DNA of 64,000 nt, taken from assembly GCA_012295275.1 (NCBI GenBank), contig CM022676.1, forward strand, positions 17,484,001-17,548,000. Direction: 5' to 3'. This DNA comes from Chrysomallon squamiferum (Eukaryota; Animalia; Mollusca). How positions within the stretch are numbered: position 1 is the first letter of the stretch; every line of letters begins with the position of its first letter. Shown here in pieces: positions 56,398-64,000 of the stretch. Made by a program: the position numbers and the translations under genes. The notes under the pieces were generated by a model that was not told the origin of the DNA, made no database searches, and saw nothing but the letters and a program-made list of their open reading frames with translations.

Positions 56398-59282
56398 CAT
56401 ATTCTGATTTAATATTGCACGGATTATGTTAAGTTGTCATATAATGTTACTTTACTTCCCAGTTTAAAATGAATACAAAGCAAATTTGAGAGAAATGTTC
56501 TGTCATAGACACAGCTCACGAATGACATGTAAGTAAATATATACAAACCTCAATCAGTCACATTCATTTATGTATAGAGATTTTATTACATTATAAATTG
56601 TTTATAAATGTATCTGTGATACAAATAAAATATTATATAAAAATGGTTAATTTTTCCATATTTTAATTGTTTTGTTTGTACCCTAGCATTTGTATCTGAC
56701 AAAAGTAATAGTATTTACATGCCTCATGTATCAATGGGTAAATATTACTGAAGTCCAAATTTACCATATTCCACTTTATATTTATGTGAATTTTCAAATG
56801 CTAGTATTTTTTTAGGATATTTCTTGTTGATTTCTATAATCCCAGGATTAGAAAAATGGAATCATGCCTATCAGGGAATCTTCTAGATGTTAATGTGTTT
56901 ATATGAGAGACAATAGAAGCCCTGTCACAAAACAATTGAACTTAAGTAGAAACTGTGAATCTGAAGTTAGTTGCTTTTGTTTAAATATTACTTTCCACAG
57001 ATATAATTAGGATTAAAGGATTTCTTAAATGATTTACGGATCAGCTGTTTTATATACAGCACCATCCCTAACAAGTGGGATATTTTATATGGGCAAAAAT
57101 ACTAAAATGTCCTTGATGTTACTATCCCGAGTCAAGTATGTATTAGTGTAAAAATATTACAATAGTATTTATCTGATGCATTACTTTATTTATAAGTTGC
57201 TGTTTTCTCATTTTCAGTTGTGAAATATTTTATAATATTCATAATGAGTTTATTTTTGTTCATTCTCAAAACCTTGTCACACAGTTTTGTGTCACTGGTG
57301 TTACCAGAGGTGAATTCTGTTAGTTGAGAAATAACAGCCACTCCTAGTTGATCTTCCAACATGTAGATGTCAGCAAAGAAGTAGTACATGCACAAGAATG
57401 ATTCTGTTTTCTTTAAATATATCAGTAAAATGAACCGATTGTTTATTGAGTGTCATTAGTGTTGTTGTCATAAACCTGTGTCACTTTGTCCTCTGTGCAG
57501 ATGTCAGTCTTACGGTAGTTTTTATATTTAATATTTCTGTGTCACTGAGTCTGTTATTGAATTTCTTTGATTTCAAACCCATCTTGTTTCCTTCTTCCTC
57601 AGTCATGGTTACTATTTTTTATTCCTTACCCTCCATACCCCCACAACATAGTATCATCGCAATACATTCTATAAATATTAAAAAACAAACTTTAAAACTT
57701 CATAATAAAAATTATTAAATTAATTTTGCAGTATATTAAAATATTAGAATTTATTTATCTATATATGTATTTATTATTAATATATTAATTTATACTTACT
57801 TTTTTCTTACATTTAAAAGTTAAATAGTTGATTTGGATCTCTGGGTGTTCTTCTTTTATAATTAAAGCTGCATTATTTTTGTACTTTTTAAATTTTAAAA
57901 TCAGAGATAATTAATACCCTGACTTGATATTAAAACTGAAGAATAAACTGGAGATCATGAGATATATAATCATTTCAGAACTTAAGTTAGCATCATAAAG
58001 TTACAAAGGGGAAAAAAATAGACAACACAACCTGAACACCTTTCTAATTTGATAAATACTTTAATCCAAGGTTTAAATTAATTTAATTTTGAAGAAACAA
58101 ATCCATTTGGTCATTAAAATATTTCCATGTTATCACTGAATTTGTTTTTCTTCTTAATATTTGAATTATCTTTTTTATTTGTTGGAACTCAGAAGTTAGG
58201 CAAATGAAATTATTTATTATATGGACATCCCTGGAAACCCTTTTGGTCTTTTCAAAGATGTCACAGAAAGGTCTCTGGCCTCATTAATGGAAATGTGAGT
58301 GGATTTCCTAGAAATGTTGTCATGTTGTTTCTAATTCTGCAGCAAAGTTAGTTGTGATAGTTCCCTGTATTACCTCTCTTTTAGGAAATGATATTTCATT
58401 TAATGAGAAACCAAAGTTTTAATGTTTTAATTAAATATATATATATATTTTAAAAATATATCTTTCTATAATTTTGCAACAATATAAATAAAATGGTATA
58501 AAAGTTTATGGCTTAAAATCATGACTAGAAAATTACATTGTAAGATTACAGAATACATTCATTATGCAAATGCAAACTTGACTTCATTGAATGAACTGTT
58601 TTATATTGTTAAACAACAAAAACAGAAAAAACATTTAAATATTTTGTTAACTTCTTATGGTAATTGATGCAGTATTGAAGCAAAATCCAAAAAGATTATT
58701 GTACATTAACATTGTTATTAATATATTTCTTTGTTTTATTATTATTATAACTTTTTCACTTCATTATTTTCTTTTATTTTTGTTTGATGAAATTAATGAA
58801 TTGTAAATTATTTCAAGATTATGAATATCTTGTACATGTAGCAGTTCTGTACCTGACAGGTACAATCTCCTTGGTGACAAGTACACTCAGACAGGTAAAC
58901 TAAGAAGGAAGGGAGGTAATTCATCAGGTCACATTGCAGCAGGTGTTAAGAGTCTGTTATATGAAACATTGATTTTACACTCTTCATGCAGAATTCCAGG
59001 ACATCACATACCCTCTTGTTTACAGGCTCCTTTTTTTCAGCAGTGCACAAGCTCTGTGAAGGAAGATTCAGCATATTGGTCATACAAAGAATATTCTGGT
59101 AACAGTAGTGTAAGATTTAGAAGCACCTAGTTAAAATTCTTAGTAATTAGGTAAAAGAAAATATGTACTAATATACTATCAGATTACTCTTGAAGTTTGT
59201 TTTCATTAATATATATTATATAAAATGCTTAATGTCTTCAGTTATTTTACACCTAATATCAAACCATATTATAGTATATAAT

Positions 59283-59341
<59 letters not shown>

Positions 59342-60243
59342 CTTATTATTTAGTTGTTGTTATACTTATTAATATTTGTTTAAATTAAATGGAATTTTTG
59401 AAATAAATAGTTAAAATGTATTTTTTATTTTCATTGTTATTACTCAAGATTGATTGTACTGATACAGTGGTGGAGAAATTATAAATTTCATGTTTTCTCT
59501 GATCACATGAAAACATATTTACTTTCTCAGCTGTTTTCATTAACACAACATAATTAATTGTTCATTCATTACATGTAGGTTTTTCAGGCCTGAGTGTGAA
59601 AAGATGAACTTAAATCGAGGTGAGATAGTCAGTTTTATTTACTTTTTTTATATTATTTATTTTATATATTTTTGTTGCTTTTACTATTGATATATAAATG
59701 AATAGATATGCAAACATTTAATTTTTATTATTATTTTCAGATATGATTTGTATGGTCTTTCTTCATAATTAATTTTTACATTTATTTAGTATTATTACTT
59801 TATTTTGACTATTTCAAAAAACGTTTTTTGTGTTATTTGATATAGACACTGAAATCAAAAGATGATTGTATACTTTTATGTATTTATTTATTTCCTTATT
59901 TAACTACAGATAGATATAGATATCATTTATGTTTTATTATTATTTTATGTATCACGTGTTTGTTCTTTCTTTATAATTAATTTTTATATTTATTTTAATA
60001 TTATTATTATTTTTATTTTCTCTATTAAAAAAAAAATATATATATATTTTTTTTAAATTTCTTCATTATCAGTAATATAAATATTTATGTTTTTCAAATT
60101 CCAGTGTCAGATCAGCCAAGGAGACAGTCTACTACTGTGAGCTGACAACAAAAACAGAGAAAGAATTTTCTCTGAAACATTCAGTCAGATGTTAGAAGTC
60201 AGCCATTGATTAGAAAGTGAGTGAATTTGTTACATAGAGCTTA

Positions 60244-60578
60244 CATTTAGATTTAGTAACTGAAATACACACATACAGTCATGTTAACATGTATATTTAG
60301 TAACTGAAATACACACATATAGTCATGTTAACATTTAGATTTAGTAACTGAAATACACACAGTCATGTTAACATTTAGATTTAGTAACTGAAATACACAC
60401 ATACAGTCATGTTAACATTTAGATTTAGTAACTGAAATACACACATACAGTCATGTTTTAACTGAAATACACACATAGAGTCATGTTAACATTTAGAAGT
60501 AGTAACTGAAATACACACATACAGTCATGTTAACATTTAGAAGTAGTAACTGAAATACACACATACAGTCATGTTAAC
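60244..60578 (+). repeat. 44-bp minisatellite, ~8 copies
   Basis: Unit catttagatttagtaactgaaatacacacatacagtcatgttaa. Confidence 0.93.
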
Positions 60579-62559
60579 TTAGTGCATTAATGTCAAAAAT
60601 GTGAATGCTACATAGTAAAATTATTTGATCCATACTTCAAACTTGATTTATTCAAACTTCTGTTAAAGTCAGATGTCCCCTGTCAATACTTTAGCTAACA
60701 TTTAAATAATGATTTGCTTTTGTTTCCAGTGAATGAAAGGATTATCAATGATACAGTTTTGTTTTGTTTTTATTACTTTACCGGATAAACTAGACATGCT
60801 GACCAGAAAAATGTCAAATAATTAAGTCACAACCCATTTGAATCATACCTAATCTTTATTTCACATGTAGAATTGTATAATCCACATTAATATTGTTCAT
60901 AGAACTCTGAATATTATTTTATTTTAATTACAAGTTTTACTCTTTTTTAAATTTTCTTCAGGTTCTTTTATCATGAGCTTGGTTTGAGAATGAAAGAAAA
61001 CACGTGAGAAGTGATATCCGCTGATTCTAAATCACTTGTCAAATTTGCCTCCAACTTCTTCAAGTTTGCTGATCACCCTGAACGAAGAAAATGAAACATC
61101 TCAACAACAAATATGAACAACAAAATTCTTGGATAAATTTGAAAGCTTTTAATAACATATTAAAAACATTACTTGTGTGAATCATGGACTGTTCTTATTG
61201 AAGAATCTATAACATTGAATTTAGATTCAAAGTCACTGTGTTGTTGATGAAAGATATAATCATATGTAGACAGTACACAGAATGTTTGAACCAGACACAG
61301 CACCAAGTACAGTCAAGTCTATAAAAAAAAAATATTTAACAAAATCACTAATGCTAGAAATCCGTAACTGTTGCAAATTTTATGGTTCAAGGGAGATAAA
61401 TTTATTTATTTATTTATTCATTCATACATTCATTCATTCATTCATTCATTTGATTTTTTATTTATTTATTTTTTATTTTAAAGAATAATCAACTTAATCA
61501 CGTAATCCAAATATAAAATTACAAAGAATACGAAAATTTCTGTTAAAGATTAAAAAGAACAAAACAAAGTATGCTAATAAAACATAAAGTGGAAGATGAT
61601 ATGTTGTTTGTAAACTATATCATTACGAAATTTTCTTAATGAATAATTTGCAGATCACATTAGCTGTCAAATTGTTTTTTTAACATTTAATGTTTTTTGT
61701 AACCAAATGTCTTCAAATTATTATTTTATTTTGTTAATATGCTTTTATTAACAAAACAGAAATCTTGGTACGTTTGTGCTTTATAGCACTCTCAGCTCTT
61801 CAAAGGCTTATGAAACATTTTATACCATGTTTTTTCAAATTTCTTATTTAGGATTATTGCGTTTTCTGTTGTTTACTGCACATTTTTAGCTAGCATTTTC
61901 ATCAGCTTGGGAAACAATTTCATCAGAGTGAGGAATATTTTTATTTACATAGTTTTTAAATAACAGTAGAAGTTATAGATGTAATTGTGGAGATAGTGAT
62001 ACAAATAATAGTTACACCGACAGACAGATATAAGCATGTTTTAATATTATGACTGAGTTAAGGAAACAAGTCTGCACTGATTTCAGTATTCTACACCTGG
62101 TTTATGTTTAACAAAGATCTTTTTTATGGATTTCCCTGCAAATGAACACATGGATATTAATATTAATTTGCTATTTTGAAAACAAATGTAAATCATTTTG
62201 ATATTTTTATAATATTTAAATAGTTTATTCACATCTATGAGTTTATTTATATATCTCTGTCTGTATGTCTGTCTGTCTGAGTATTGTTATATTAAATACT
62301 AAGTTACATGTTGTGTCTGTTAAAGTCATGGCTCATAAAGCCATAATTCTATGGTTTATTTATTTATATATGCGTACATTGTTTATCCAAAATGTCTTCT
62401 TACTGCCTTGGATATATTTGAGTTGCTTAGTCCTAGCAACGTGATAACATTCATGGGATGGGAACTGAGAACTTGACTGTCTTTAGGATTAAAATGGAAA
62501 CTATTATAAGGAGGCAAATAAATAAAGCATAGAGTTATATCTGTGTGTGTGTGTGTGTT

Positions 62560-62560
62560 T

Positions 62561-62635
<75 letters not shown>
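62560..62635 (+). repeat. (AG)n microsatellite preceded by (GT)n
   Basis: Directly visible. Confidence 0.95.
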
Positions 62636-62638
<3 letters not shown>

Positions 62639-63550
62639 TAAGCAGTGGATATCTAAATAAAAACATGTACATAAATAAAACGGCAGAAATTGGAATAATC
62701 AGCCAAGTCGTGAAGCCGCTTTGTCTCTCAAAGGCGAGGTGCGAGCATTGTCACCAAAATTACAATAAAAGGAAACCTGAGCATGTCGAAAAGCCTGATT
62801 TGTTTTTACAGATAGGTTCTTTGTTCATGACAGGATTGATGATTATAATACCAGCGGTTCTTAACTACATTACTAACGTATTTTGTACCAATACTGCAGC
62901 AATAAAATAATAATAATAATAATATTAATAATAATAATACATTTTTCTTCTATATACTAGGTCTAGATAATTTTAATAACGTAATAATCTTTACATATAA
63001 TAAAAACGCTTGAAACAGAAAATATAAAGCAAATATAACACTAAAACACACACACACACACGCTTTAGTAATTATAGTAAGTAAATAAACTACCAATGTA
63101 TATAAATAAGTACATTTCTCTTTAACCATCCATTATACTCTTTTCACTGAAAAAAAAAGCCGATGAGGAATTCTTTAAGTTAGTTTGTAAATTTTAGAAT
63201 TAAAATATTTAGCTAAAGCGAGTTTTGTGTGTAACAAAGTTTTAAAATGTGTCAGCCTGGGCTGGCTTCTCTCGCTCTTTTCACTGATGTCTGCGGGAAT
63301 CTAATGTATGACGTCAGCAAGGAAAACTCGGGTCTGAGGAAGAACAAGTGACAAGTGCATGCTTTGCACGGCCCAGTGATTACTACTGATGAACAGGGAG
63401 GTCACTGGGAGAGAACCACTGAGCTTTGACCTCGCTTTGAAAACTGCGATACGCGTTTGCCAGCGGGATTTGGTAAAATATTTGTTTCACTTTTGATATC
63501 GTCATCATGCAGAGTAATGTGTGTCATTAACAGCGTATATCTTATATATA

Positions 63551-63587
<37 letters not shown>

Positions 63588-63829
63588 TTACATACACATA
63601 CGTACACATTTTAGGTATTATCACAAAATATTTTTCTAAATTAAAAAATTTATGCTGTCAATCGATCAATTACCTACTATATAATTGTGGTATTACACCA
63701 TCACGATAATCAGTTTTACTTTACTAATTCCTGTCATATTGTTTTAAACAGGTCCTAGACAGTGGCAACAATAGTAACAGAAACACCAGCATAAGCTGCA
63801 GCAGCATAAACAACAGCAGCAGCAGCAGC

Positions 63830-63862
<33 letters not shown>

Positions 63863-64000
63863 AATAATAATAATAATAATCATAATAATAATCATTACAA
63901 TAATAAACAAAACGAAAACACAAACTATTATTGTTATAAAGTTTGCAAAATCTGATCTTCTTTTGTTTGCATTGTTTTGTTTGTGCAACACACATTTTAT

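Noticed and set aside
56800-59130. Minus-strand exon-like pieces that might derive from a membrane or Cys-containing protein
   Set aside because: Stops and frameshifts with no motif I can confidently assign
63744-63995. Hydrophobic or Cys-rich ORFs resembling membrane or metal-binding peptides
   Set aside because: Derived from adjacent (CAG)/(CAA)/(AAT) trinucleotide runs

Overview
AT-rich, microsatellite-rich animal genomic DNA with spliceosomal introns and one 200-N scaffold gap at 30216-30415. The gene content looks mollusc-like, which is an inference. (1) About 2.4-13 kb holds a decayed ISL2EU-like (PIF/Harbinger-related) DNA transposon. Its two intron-containing genes, a THAP+HTH+DDE_Tnp_4 transposase (+) and a SWIM+YqaJ exonuclease (-), are interdigitated: each gene's last exon lies in an intron of the other. 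A ~1.9 kb 24-bp minisatellite has grown in frame out of the transposase LFLTLCKL motif. (2) A ~14.7 kb inverted duplication (~11609-26368 vs ~41735-56397) shows stepwise identity between its arms. (3) The spacer carries one intact two-coding-exon BTB-BACK-PHR (BTBD2/3/6-like) gene and a tandem paralog cut by the gap. The left arm carries a third, coding-less copy of their upstream region. Also present are a TA-flanked MITE, a collagen-like fragment, candidate non-coding exons and many tandem repeats. All homology calls come from manual translation and motif recall, and percent identities are by-eye estimates.
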